From IMG/VR virus record IMGVR_UViG_3300012138_000001: a stretch of DNA of 57,719 nucleotides. One strand, written 5' to 3'. The DNA comes from a virus. Below, one piece after another: positions 49,455 to 57,719 of the stretch. The notes beneath the pieces were generated by a model. That model was not told the origin of the DNA, searched no databases, and saw nothing but the letters and a program-made list of their open reading frames with translations. Every line of letters begins with the position of its first letter. Positions within the stretch are counted from its first letter, which is position 1. A program made the position numbers and the translations under genes.

Positions 49455-50615
49455 TTAAAAATCAAATATGCTTAATTGTTCTGGTTGGTTCTCTTTTTCT
49501 CTAAGAGCGCATTCTCTTTCTCTTTTGAGTTCCGCCAGGCGCTCTTTTGTGATCCATTTGTCCGCATGGACTTTGTCTAAACTGTAGCCGTCCATATTTT
49601 CATAGCCCACCTCAACGATTTTCTTTTCCAGTCTTGCAATCTTGGCATCCTGAGCCTTTTGTCTGCGCTCTCTTTTTCGTTCCTTTTTCTCCTTTTCGCC
49701 ATCCGCTGAAAAGCTTACGGTAATCCCGGCATTAAGGTCCTGTAGGTCACTCATTAGGTCCCTGCTCGGCCTTGACTCTGCGCGGATGTTTAGTATTTCT
49801 GCCGTATATGTCTTATCAAATATATCGCCGCCTTGAAGCTTCACAAAGGCTTCGCAAATATCTATGTTGACAGGGTGATCAAAGTAGCGAATACCCTTTG
49901 TTATGTGAGTAATAACCTCGCCGTCAAATAGGGTGCCGTCACGGCGCACATAGCTTGTTTTAAGGTCATAATACACATTCCCGCGCTTTTTGCTTAATTC
50001 CCGACCACGTATCGGGCAATAACCGCCCAGACCGGCCGGACACCATTGGGCGCATCGGGATGGATAGTAATGTTGTACCCAATCGTTGATTGACTCCTTA
50101 TAGCGCATATGACTTTGGCAAACTCTCCCATTGTGTGAAGAAACATAATCGTTGTATTTTCTTTTCTTCTCCGCCTGACGATCTGCCTTTGCTTTTTCAA
50201 GACTTGTTTCGTAATCGTAGGCTTCATCTGTCCTATGACACACACACCAACACTGGAAGCAGTAATCGTTTCCGCATCTGCCGTACAGTAACGGATCGTT
50301 GTCAGGACACTGGGGTTTGTCGTGTGGGCATCTGATAACCGGACAGTCGTTTTCGTGAGACCAATTAATACCCATGTAACTCATATCACTCATTGCATTT
50401 TCGCCTTTTACATACATCCCGCAACCGGTTTTGTATGTAATCCCCGCAATGTAGGATCTTTTGTAGACAAAACCGCCGCCCATATTATTCAGCGGATCAC
50501 TCCCGGGAAGTCGGCTACTATTTATTTGCATGTAATCCGGGAAGTGGTCTACTGTGTAGCCTTGTGACAGAAGTTCTTTTGTAAGTTTGTTGTACTCTTT
50601 CTTGTATTCTTCCAT
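49455..50615 (-). CDS. large Cys-rich hypothetical protein (386 aa) with Lys/Glu/Arg-rich C-terminal helix
   Basis: AAGGGG RBS; many CxxC/CP motifs (CPVIRCPHDKPQCPDN, CFQCWCVCH). Confidence 0.8.
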   Translation of the reverse strand: MEEYKKEYNKLTKELLSQGYTVDHFPDYMQINSSRLPGSDPLNNMGGGFVYKRSYIAGITYKTGCGMYVKGENAMSDMSYMGINWSHENDCPVIRCPHDKPQCPDNDPLLYGRCGNDYCFQCWCVCHRTDEAYDYETSLEKAKADRQAEKKRKYNDYVSSHNGRVCQSHMRYKESINDWVQHYYPSRCAQWCPAGLGGYCPIRGRELSKKRGNVYYDLKTSYVRRDGTLFDGEVITHITKGIRYFDHPVNIDICEAFVKLQGGDIFDKTYTAEILNIRAESRPSRDLMSDLQDLNAGITVSFSADGEKEKKERKRERRQKAQDAKIARLEKKIVEVGYENMDGYSLDKVHADKWITKERLAELKRERECALREKENQPEQLSIFDF

Positions 50616-50617
50616 GG

Positions 50618-50809
50618 CTATATCCCCTTACATGGCCTTAAGCCTAGATAATCCTCCATCCTTGCCCGGAAAGCGTCCTTGCTCATATCGTAAATCTGGC
50701 AAAAACAATTTTCGCAGGTGTTGTAAACCTTAAATGTCTTCGTCAATCGCATGTCCCAAGTATTCATTTGCCGGCCGCACGAACGGCAGCATTCGTTTGT
50801 CTTTGCCAT
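50618..50809 (-). CDS. small zinc-ribbon protein (63 aa)
   Basis: CCRSCGR...CENCFC; GGTGAGGA before ATG 50809. Confidence 0.65.
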   Translation of the reverse strand: MAKTNECCRSCGRQMNTWDMRLTKTFKVYNTCENCFCQIYDMSKDAFRARMEDYLGLRPCKGI

Positions 50810-50846
50810 GCTTGATATCCTCACCACCTTTCTGATCAATCTCACT

Positions 50847-51194
50847 TTAATTGTCCTTAATTACTTTTTCATATATCTTCTCATGAATAATGTGCTGCCT
50901 CTCCCATTCTTTGGTTCCTGGAATATTTTGCAATCCCAACCACTTCTCCGGATCTTTCTTAATCGCTTTCCAGTACCACGACGGCATCCCTAATTCCTGC
51001 GAAGATGTTTCGGGATCAGAATACTCCATTTTCTTTTTAAAATCCGCAGCATGGCCACCTTTTAAAAGCACTTTTACATCCTGTTTAAAAAAGAAAATAA
51101 TCGATGACTGAACCAAGCAAGCCAGTTTAAGCTCCTCATAGGGAACTTCTTTTCCGTCCTCCAAATCCGCAATTATTTCACACGTTTGTCTCAT
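50847..51194 (-). CDS. hypothetical protein (115 aa)
   Basis: Packed co-directional ORF. Confidence 0.7.
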   Translation of the reverse strand: MRQTCEIIADLEDGKEVPYEELKLACLVQSSIIFFFKQDVKVLLKGGHAADFKKKMEYSDPETSSQELGMPSWYWKAIKKDPEKWLGLQNIPGTKEWERQHIIHEKIYEKVIKDN

Positions 51195-51221
51195 GTCACA
51201 CCTTCCTTCTCAAATTTTAAT

Positions 51222-51440
51222 TCACCCGAACATTTCAATCTGCCCGTCACACTGCCGCTGCTTCACTTCCCGCGGCTTATATGTCTTATCCAGATCAAAC
51301 GCATCCATTGGATTAAGGTCAAATAACTTACAGCGATTGACTGACTTCGCGCTTGCCTCGCTCATTGTCTTTTTCTTTTCGTTGCAATAGATACCGTTCC
51401 CCGTGGTAAGGAATGAACAGTACCGGCAATATTGTCTCAT
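51222..51440 (-). CDS. small Cys protein (72 aa)
   Basis: AAAGGAGG 8 nt before ATG 51440; MRQYCRYCSF...YCNE. Confidence 0.65.
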   Translation of the reverse strand: MRQYCRYCSFLTTGNGIYCNEKKKTMSEASAKSVNRCKLFDLNPMDAFDLDKTYKPREVKQRQCDGQIEMFG

Positions 51441-51454
51441 TTCCCCGCCTCCTT

Positions 51455-51787
51455 TCATCTTTCACCATCTTTTCGAATGGATAAAACATAATATTCTACA
51501 CCTTGCTCCGCTCCCCACTCTTCCCTGCCTGTTTTTATAGCCAAGGAACAATCAGCTATGATATAAGGCGATTCTTTGGAATATCCATTACGAAACTTGA
51601 TTCTATGATTTTTTAAAGTCTCCTGTTTTCTAAGCAATTCTTTAACGTCTTCTGCTTCTCTCCTGTGAAAGCCTAGCCAGGTCATAAACCGGGTATCATA
51701 GTACGGCTTGATCTCTCTGTATTCCTCTGTCTTTTCGCCAGAAAGAATCATGTCAAACCATTTCTTTTTAATTGTCAATGTCAGCAT
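51455..51787 (-). CDS. ASCH-domain protein (110 aa)
   Basis: IKKKWFDMILSGEKTEEYREIKPYY. Confidence 0.8.
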   Translation of the reverse strand: MLTLTIKKKWFDMILSGEKTEEYREIKPYYDTRFMTWLGFHRREAEDVKELLRKQETLKNHRIKFRNGYSKESPYIIADCSLAIKTGREEWGAEQGVEYYVLSIRKDGER

Positions 51788-52247
51788 TCTCTACCTCGCT
51801 TTCTTCCGGCGGTTGGTACGGTTCCGGCAGCGGCCGCCATGCCACAACAAAATCACCTATAACCGCAAATTCCTCCGCGTAAGTAGCAGCTTCGTACCAT
51901 CCTTGCGGAACCTTCCCGTCTCCGCGTTTTTCGTCGTAATCACCTAAATCATCCCAATGATACAGACTGTTTTCCGACCAAATGTTCCCATCTTCGTATA
52001 TGGCCCGGCAGGTAAATCTTCGCGTGCCATTTTCCAAGCGGCGTTCGATGCTAACCTCAACCTCTTTTTCGTTTTCCGGCAACCGCTCCCCAACTGGTAT
52101 CCATTCGCCTGCTGGTGGAAATGTGTCGATCTCATACATTATCCATTTCATTATGCAGTCCATCAGTGTTCCCCTTTCAAAATATTTCATATCAGCCAAA
52201 AAGGCTTCTTTTAATTTGTCTGCATCAATTAAAATTAATTTACCCAT
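51768..52247 (-). CDS. DUF551-like protein (159 aa)
   Basis: EWIPVGERLPENEKEVEVS...VVAWRPLPEPY. Confidence 0.7.
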   Translation of the reverse strand: MGKLILIDADKLKEAFLADMKYFERGTLMDCIMKWIMYEIDTFPPAGEWIPVGERLPENEKEVEVSIERRLENGTRRFTCRAIYEDGNIWSENSLYHWDDLGDYDEKRGDGKVPQGWYEAATYAEEFAVIGDFVVAWRPLPEPYQPPEESEVENADIDN

Positions 52248-52274
52248 CTATTTTTCCTCCGTAAAATTAATTAT

Positions 52275-52520
52275 CTAAGTCGGCGGCCTGTGGTAATCGC
52301 CGGAAATCCTTCCCCTACCTCTGGCCCGCTCAATAATTTCGGATGTCATCCGACTGATCGCTTCTTCCATCAGTGGATACTTCTTTTTCATGTTGGTAGA
52401 TTCCTCGTGGAGTGCTTCCCATATTTTAGCGTAATCATCTTTTGATGAAAGGTCTTTGTACTTGTTCCAAAAATTCAACCAGACATCATTGAAGCTGTTT
52501 TGAGCCTCTTTATCCGTCAT
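52275..52520 (-). CDS. hypothetical protein (81 aa)
   Basis: AAAGGAGG 5 nt before ATG. Confidence 0.65.
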   Translation of the reverse strand: MTDKEAQNSFNDVWLNFWNKYKDLSSKDDYAKIWEALHEESTNMKKKYPLMEEAISRMTSEIIERARGRGRISGDYHRPPT

Positions 52521-52533
52521 GCTACCTCCTTTC

Positions 52534-52822
52534 CGTTACAGAGGGTTACAACTGTCTGTAACCGTAAAACCCTTGATTTTACTGGCTTTGCAGGGTGCGG
52601 TTACAGGGTTACAGGGTTACAACGTTTTTCTCTCACGTGCGCGGGGTGTATGTAAAACATGTTTTTTTTCTCTCGCAGTGTGTCCCCCCCCTATAAGCTT
52701 ATAAAAAGTCTGTAACTTCTGTAACCCTGTAACCATGCCCCTCAAACCCGCATAAATGCTACATTCTTCGGTTACAGAACTACTAAAAATCCCGTAACTT
52801 TTTGCGTTTTTCCTGTAACGGT
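52534..52822. repeat. iteron array (GTTACA core, at least 10 copies in both orientations) flanking an AT-rich/T8 spacer: candidate replication origin
   Basis: GGTTACAG x3 in tandem at 52598-52624; CTGTAAC x3 at 52709-52733; further copies at 52534, 52545, 52556, 52770, 52812. Confidence 0.6.
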
Positions 52823-52825
52823 CGC

Positions 52826-54661
52826 CTATTTAAACGGCAAATCCGTGTTTCCGACCGGATCAAACTCTATTTGTAGGGACTCCGCCATGTTAATACAAGC
52901 GCAGCGAGTAGCAGTCCCGTTGATCTTGGTCGACTTGTACAGACTGTCTTTTCCCTTGTCCAATCTGCCCGCCTGATCAAGCCATGACAGAAGCGCCTTG
53001 GGATTATACCCGCCCTCTTCGCACACCTGTTCGAAATTACGCTTGATGAACCGCAATTCGTCACCCATGACAGTACCGAAACAGGGATCGAAATCGGCTT
53101 CGAATTTGGCTGAGTTGCTCACGTAGTATTCTTGTATGTATTCGTACCCTCGAAGCCCAGCATCTACGTTATCCTTGCTGTGCAGGTATTTTTCAATATC
53201 CTCTACTGTAAGCCCTCTACCGTCGCAAAACAGCCATTCCGTGGCCAGAGCGTCCGCCGTAAGGATGGCAGCCGCCGCCATGGTCTGTTTTTCCGTGCTG
53301 GCCGTACCAAGGTCTTGATAATAGCTCTTGTACAGCCCCACCGCCTTTTCTCTCGCCGCCTCTGTAGTCATGAAACCCATAAACAGCTTTCCGGCGTGCC
53401 CGTAGTTGTGCCGGATACCATCCAGCAGCGTCGGTGCATCCGCAAACAGGCTTTCCCGACATTCGATCTCTATAATCCGATTAACTGCCCCCCCACCGGA
53501 TGCCGAATGAGTAATAGGGCTTTCTCCTGATGTGATTATGCAATTCTTCCATGTAGGTGTTTTCTGTAGCCCGCCGGTCTTAGCTCCCCTTGTCTTGCCC
53601 ACCCCCTCGCACAGCATATAGACGGCTTGTTCAAAGGATTTTTTGTCTTTTACCAGCTGGAATTCGTCCAGAACCAGCGGCAGGTTGTTGACGAAACTCG
53701 CTTGCTGCTCCAGTCCCACAAGGGTCCCGTTAAAAGTCTGCATATAGCCCGCGCCGTCGCCGGGGTCTGCCCACACGGACACGGCAAGCAGCTGGGCGAC
53801 TGTTTTACCAGTTCCCGATCCACCCCAAAAGTGAACCATAAAATTCAGTTTTCCGATCGTCTTAAGAATCACCGACGCAAAACTCGAAGCCAGAGCAATC
53901 CGGGCCGGCGAGTTGGTCTTTCGCACGTCTCTCGCGATCTCAAGCCATTCCTCAAACGTTCCGTTCGTTCGGACGGCCTGAAATATACTGCGGAAATTGT
54001 CCAACCCATCAAATTCCAGATTCTTCATGTATGGGCTAAACATCCCGTTAGATGTCCATCCAAGGTGACTTACTGACTGCACCTCGGGGATTGTGTTGTG
54101 ATTCAGATCGTCGATATCTTGGAGATATTCAACCAAATATGATGCGTTCTTGTCTGATACTGATACGTCCCTGTCTGCCAACTTTTTTACCTCCCTCGCA
54201 CTGAATAGCATGCTTTTGTCAGCTACTACCTCTTTCCAATCCCTAAAATCACGGCGAAACATCAATTTCAAGCGCACGGTCCCATCGTCGATATTGACCA
54301 ACCGCTGCACCGGCAGGATCGGATGGATACAGGCCACGTCCATGCCTTGGTTATCGTTTCGACGGACAATGCCATGATCATCTGCCATCCAGTCTCCGGT
54401 AAAAAGTTCGATTGGTTGATCTCGGAAGTTGGTCAGATTGTTGACAACGCTGTTTATGCCGCCTTTTCGTTCCTCATGCTGGGCAAAGTAAGCCTTAACC
54501 ATTGTTCCGAAACGCTTAAATCCTGCCCGCTCGGCGTTGGCTGACAACGCATTGAATAGCTGCATGTAGGCAAAACCATCATCCTTGTGACTGAACAAGA
54601 GGGAGTAGGGCGCTTCCGCATTAAATTCGTCTTTTGTAAATTCTTTCCACGGCTCATTCAT
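52826..54661 (-). CDS. DUF927-type replicative helicase / primase-associated P-loop NTPase (611 aa)
   Basis: Walker A FWGGSGTGKTV, Walker B LVLDEFQ; follows the CHC2 primase-like gene. Confidence 0.9.
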   Translation of the reverse strand: MNEPWKEFTKDEFNAEAPYSLLFSHKDDGFAYMQLFNALSANAERAGFKRFGTMVKAYFAQHEERKGGINSVVNNLTNFRDQPIELFTGDWMADDHGIVRRNDNQGMDVACIHPILPVQRLVNIDDGTVRLKLMFRRDFRDWKEVVADKSMLFSAREVKKLADRDVSVSDKNASYLVEYLQDIDDLNHNTIPEVQSVSHLGWTSNGMFSPYMKNLEFDGLDNFRSIFQAVRTNGTFEEWLEIARDVRKTNSPARIALASSFASVILKTIGKLNFMVHFWGGSGTGKTVAQLLAVSVWADPGDGAGYMQTFNGTLVGLEQQASFVNNLPLVLDEFQLVKDKKSFEQAVYMLCEGVGKTRGAKTGGLQKTPTWKNCIITSGESPITHSASGGGAVNRIIEIECRESLFADAPTLLDGIRHNYGHAGKLFMGFMTTEAAREKAVGLYKSYYQDLGTASTEKQTMAAAAILTADALATEWLFCDGRGLTVEDIEKYLHSKDNVDAGLRGYEYIQEYYVSNSAKFEADFDPCFGTVMGDELRFIKRNFEQVCEEGGYNPKALLSWLDQAGRLDKGKDSLYKSTKINGTATRCACINMAESLQIEFDPVGNTDLPFK

Positions 54662-55187
54662 CCTGTCGTCTCATTTCCTCCTGTTCCTCCCTTGTCCCGC
54701 TTGCAAGGACTTGGTATTTGTATTCATTTTTGATCTTCATTTCGACGGCCGCACACCACTCCGTTGTATATGGATCATATTGAGGGATCAGCTGATCCAG
54801 CCATTGCAACAATTTGCACACCTGATAAAATCGTTCTTTCCACCAAATCATGAATGACTTGTTTTCTGCCTCAATCCGGGCGCGTTTCCGTTTGAATTCT
54901 GCCCTTCTGATAGCCGCCGTTTTCCGGTCTGTCTCCTCGTAAACCCCACCAAGTAGCAAGAAGGCCTCCTTAAAGTCCACGTCATCCATCAGCTGAATGA
55001 AGGTGAATATGTCACCATTTGCCCCGCATGCGTGGCAGTGGAAATCTTTGGCGTACACCTTAAGTGAGGCCTGTCGATCTCCTTGGTGGAACGGGCATGA
55101 TATAAATCCTTTACGGTCCGGAATGAAGCCGTAGCGGCCCACTATATCCCGCATGGAATAACTATCTTTGATTTCCTCGCTGGTCAA
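54654..55187 (-). CDS. CHC2 zinc-finger (DnaG-type) primase-like protein, no Toprim domain (177 aa)
   Basis: CPFHQGDRQASLKVYAKDFHCHACGANGDIFTF. Confidence 0.85.
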   Translation of the reverse strand: MTSEEIKDSYSMRDIVGRYGFIPDRKGFISCPFHQGDRQASLKVYAKDFHCHACGANGDIFTFIQLMDDVDFKEAFLLLGGVYEETDRKTAAIRRAEFKRKRARIEAENKSFMIWWKERFYQVCKLLQWLDQLIPQYDPYTTEWCAAVEMKIKNEYKYQVLASGTREEQEEMRRQDE

Positions 55188-55651
55188 GTTGCCCCACGCC
55201 CTTCCAATATTTCAATTATCCGCGTCCCCGTGTGTAGCTTGTCACAGAACAGAAATTCCGTGTTATACTTCCGTTCCATGGTTTTCAGTATCTTTTCCAG
55301 TTTCTCGCCGGTGACGGCTTTAGGGGATGATTTTAGGCGGGGATTAGTCCATTTGTGCACATCATCAATGCTCTTGATCTGATTGCTATGTTCAACCAAA
55401 ACAATCACCTTTACCCCGATTTCCTGCGCCCTCCGTAGTTCGTCCGTGAATCGCCTGTGGCCTTGGCAGACGTTGCTTGTCAGTTCCGTCAGATTTTGTT
55501 TGCGGTCAATAATCAGCCGGGGATTGTCAAAATTCATGTAATCGCCAACATGGAGTTTGCTTATAAAGTGTTTAACCCCCTGCTGATCAAATGTTTCTAC
55601 GATCTTGCGGATTGCGCGGGCCTTTTCGCGCGAATCAATTTGTATTACCAT
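55184..55651 (-). CDS. ERCC4-type (Mus81/Hef-like) nuclease (155 aa)
   Basis: IQIDSRE...VGDY...IIDRKQNLTEL (ERK motif). Confidence 0.8.
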   Translation of the reverse strand: MVIQIDSREKARAIRKIVETFDQQGVKHFISKLHVGDYMNFDNPRLIIDRKQNLTELTSNVCQGHRRFTDELRRAQEIGVKVIVLVEHSNQIKSIDDVHKWTNPRLKSSPKAVTGEKLEKILKTMERKYNTEFLFCDKLHTGTRIIEILEGRGAT

Positions 55652-55663
55652 CTGCTGACCTCC

Positions 55664-56101
55664 TTAGTTAAATGGCAGGGCGTCGTCCTCAACCCCATCC
55701 GGGATATTCATAAATCCGTCACCGATCGTGCTTGCCGGAACTGGTCGGCTGGTTGGCTGATATTCGCCTCCGTTATTGGCAGAAGGGGCTTTGCTTTCAC
55801 CAAATTCCACCTGATCAACAATTACATCCGTGGTATAAACCTTCTGCCCGTCCTTGTTCGTGTAAGAGCTGGTTTGCAATCTTCCTTCAAGCACGATCCG
55901 GTTTCCCTTTCTGAAATATTTTTCGATAAATTCAGCCGTCTTTCCAAATGCTACTATGCGGGGAAAGTCTGCGCTCTGCTCCCCATCCTTTTTATACCTG
56001 CGGTCAACTGCTACGCTGAATTTAGCTACCGTGGTACCCGAATCCGAATAACGCACGTCCGGTTCATCTGTTAAGCGCCCGATTAAAATTACTTTATTCA
56101 T
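55664..56101 (-). CDS. ssb: single-stranded DNA-binding protein
   Basis: MNKVILIGRLTDEPDVRYS...RIVLEGRLQTSSY..., acidic tail DDALPFN. Confidence 0.95.
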   Translation of the reverse strand: MNKVILIGRLTDEPDVRYSDSGTTVAKFSVAVDRRYKKDGEQSADFPRIVAFGKTAEFIEKYFRKGNRIVLEGRLQTSSYTNKDGQKVYTTDVIVDQVEFGESKAPSANNGGEYQPTSRPVPASTIGDGFMNIPDGVEDDALPFN

Positions 56102-56112
56102 TTGTTCTCTCC

Positions 56113-56790
56113 TTATAATTCATATTCCAATCCCTTATCCGCTACGTAGACCGGACACGCCACCAATTCCTCTATCTCTCGCCGGAATCCTCCTTCGTCG
56201 CTGGTCTGGTCCGACAGGTGCATCAGGCAGACCGATTTCAAGTCATTGCTCTGATTGGCTCGGATGAAGTCTTTACATGTCTCTAACTCCATGTGGGTCA
56301 TTCGGACACGATCCCGCAAACCCTCATGGTAGGCGCTCCGTAGTAGGCGCACACTGTAGTTACACTCAATCATGATGTGGTTCAAGCTTTTGAACCGATA
56401 CTTTACGTACTCGGTATCGGTTGCAAAAAGCAGCCGCCCCATTTCTCTGTGGGAAATCAAGAACCCATAACAGGGAACGTCATGCACCTGATCAAATACT
56501 TTAACCGTAAACGGTAAGAAAGCCGTAAGTGGATATGAGAATGCGCCCACGCCGGACTCATGCCACGGCCTCAAAACCGGTATACCCGCTTGTAAGTATT
56601 GATTGATATACGCGGCGTGATCTCCGTGTTCGTGGGTCACTATCACGCCGTGAATTTTGTCAATATTGAAGTTCAGCGCCTTTTTCACTTCTTTGAACGG
56701 TACCCCGGCCTCTATGACCAAACACTCTGTCTCATTGTGGAGCAGATAGCAGTTACCTGCTGATCCGCTCCCTAAACATGTCACTTTCAT
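56113..56790 (-). CDS. MBL-fold metallo-hydrolase (RecT-associated nuclease candidate)
   Basis: VTHEHGDHAAY (HxHxDH). Confidence 0.9.
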   Translation of the reverse strand: MKVTCLGSGSAGNCYLLHNETECLVIEAGVPFKEVKKALNFNIDKIHGVIVTHEHGDHAAYINQYLQAGIPVLRPWHESGVGAFSYPLTAFLPFTVKVFDQVHDVPCYGFLISHREMGRLLFATDTEYVKYRFKSLNHIMIECNYSVRLLRSAYHEGLRDRVRMTHMELETCKDFIRANQSNDLKSVCLMHLSDQTSDEGGFRREIEELVACPVYVADKGLEYEL

Positions 56791-56799
56791 GCGCTCTCC

Positions 56800-57525
56800 T
56801 TAAAACGGGTCTTTTTCCTCGGTCACTTCTTCGGCTGGCTCCGGTGTCTCTGGTGTCGTTGGTGTCGTATCCGCTGCCGGTGTCTGATCATCCTCGACAA
56901 AATCAACGCTGTTTGCACTATTTTTAATGTCGTTCTTAACCTGTTCTTCTGTGTCTTGGACTATGTAACTATCCGCAACTATCTCCACAACCTCTTCCCT
57001 GGTATAGATTCCCATTGTCAACTCCGGACAGTTCATCCGGCCAAAGAAACTGGCGGCACGGTATCGCAGCATCATCTGTGGCATGGTCTGCCACTTGCTT
57101 CCGTTCTTTCCGAGCCAGCCCTCGGCCTTAGCCATGTCTATGTCGATAACCGGACCAGTAACCTTTCGACCTTGACGCTCCGTCCAGCATTGGCAGGAAA
57201 ACGGCTTACCGTCCTTATCCGTCTTTTCGTCATATTGTAGTTCCATATCATACTTTCCGGAACCGTTAATCATTGCGATTACATACTGAGCCGACCAACT
57301 TGGCCGACCGTATACAACATATAGGTTCTGCATAACTGCCAGCGGACTCGTCTGTAACCTGGATGCCAGGTCAATCGCAATCAGGGTATTATTTGCATTC
57401 TGCTGGAAATCCTTTGGCACGATCGTGCTCTGTGCCAGACTGGTCGCCATTTTTGTCGCCAGCCCCCAAGCGTCTGCGTTGGAAAAAATACTTACATTGT
57501 TTTTCAATGCCACTTCATTTGCCAT
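56800..57525 (-). CDS. recT: RecT-family single-strand annealing protein
   Basis: N-terminal region typical of Firmicute-phage RecT; acidic Pro/Thr/Glu tail; context ATPase-RecT-MBL-SSB. Confidence 0.85.
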   Translation of the reverse strand: MANEVALKNNVSIFSNADAWGLATKMATSLAQSTIVPKDFQQNANNTLIAIDLASRLQTSPLAVMQNLYVVYGRPSWSAQYVIAMINGSGKYDMELQYDEKTDKDGKPFSCQCWTERQGRKVTGPVIDIDMAKAEGWLGKNGSKWQTMPQMMLRYRAASFFGRMNCPELTMGIYTREEVVEIVADSYIVQDTEEQVKNDIKNSANSVDFVEDDQTPAADTTPTTPETPEPAEEVTEEKDPF

Positions 57526-57527
57526 TT

Positions 57528-57719
57528 TTACACCTCAACTTTCAATTTTTCATCTTCTGACACTATCAACAAAATTAACTGACCGGCCACATCCGGGATA
57601 TTAAAATCATTGATCGACTCTGCATTGTCAACGAAAACCGGTGCAGTCACGCCATAGATGTCTTGCAAGGCAGCTATAATGTCCAGCCCGGCAATTACTC
57701 TATGGCCGGAATTCAAAGA
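57528..57719 (-). CDS. C-terminal end of the SMC-like ATPase (same gene as 1..1854)
   Basis: Frame at 57596 is continuous with base 1; ...VFVDNAESIND (Walker B/D-loop-like) ...KLKVEV*. Confidence 0.8.
   Translation of the reverse strand, partial: SLNSGHRVIAGLDIIAALQDIYGVTAPVFVDNAESINDFNIPDVAGQLILLIVSEDEKLKVEV
57597..57719. repeat. second copy of the 123-bp terminal overlap
   Basis: Identical to 1-123. Confidence 0.95.

Noticed and set aside
52534-52822. CRISPR array
   Set aside because: The repeats are only 6-8 bp, partly directly abutting, present in both orientations, and have no unique spacers of regular length. This is an iteron pattern, not a CRISPR array.
1-57719. Stop-codon reassignment or alternative genetic code
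   Set aside because: All large conserved genes (terminase, portal, sheath, tape measure, endolysin, helicase, integrase) are intact under the standard code, with no in-frame TAG/TGA/TAA.

Overview
The window is a complete, circularly closed phage genome of about 57.6 kb. Bases 1-123 are identical to 57597-57719, and an ATPase gene reads in frame across that junction. It is a temperate, contractile-tailed (PBSX/Xkd-like) phage of a Gram-positive, probably Clostridia-type, host; the endolysin and a secreted protein carry CW_binding_1-type repeats. Almost all genes are on the minus strand. In the direction of transcription the order is:
- A back-to-back CI-like repressor / antirepressor switch (7.8-8.3 kb).
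- Early genes: an HTH gene plus a MazF/PemK toxin domain fused in frame to a Bro-N protein, an XRE regulator, and a tentatively Csx16-like ORF.
- After the wrap: SMC-like ATPase, RecT, MBL nuclease, SSB, ERCC4 nuclease, a CHC2 primase-like protein and a DUF927-type helicase.
- A GTTACA iteron array (candidate origin), about 20 small genes, and an orphan DNA methyltransferase.
- A late-regulator-position gene, then a 520-bp structured non-coding gap.
- TerS, TerL, portal, and a head module interrupted by two blocks of small zinc-ribbon/YopX genes.
- Scaffold, capsid, connectors, sheath, tube, a chaperone with a -1 frameshift, tape measure, LysM protein, baseplate and fibre.
- Holin and endolysin.
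- An AT-rich accessory island: an HNH homing endonuclease, a plus-strand 4-gene cassette with a consensus promoter, a secreted wall-binding protein and a lipoprotein.
- An Xis-like HTH, an ORF6N-KilAC protein, and a roughly 3.6 kb operon of about 12 uncharacterised small membrane, coiled-coil or Cys-rich proteins. This operon abuts the attP-like repeat region and the tyrosine integrase.

No rRNA, complete tRNA, CRISPR array or reverse transcriptase was seen. All homology statements come from motif recognition by eye, not from searches.
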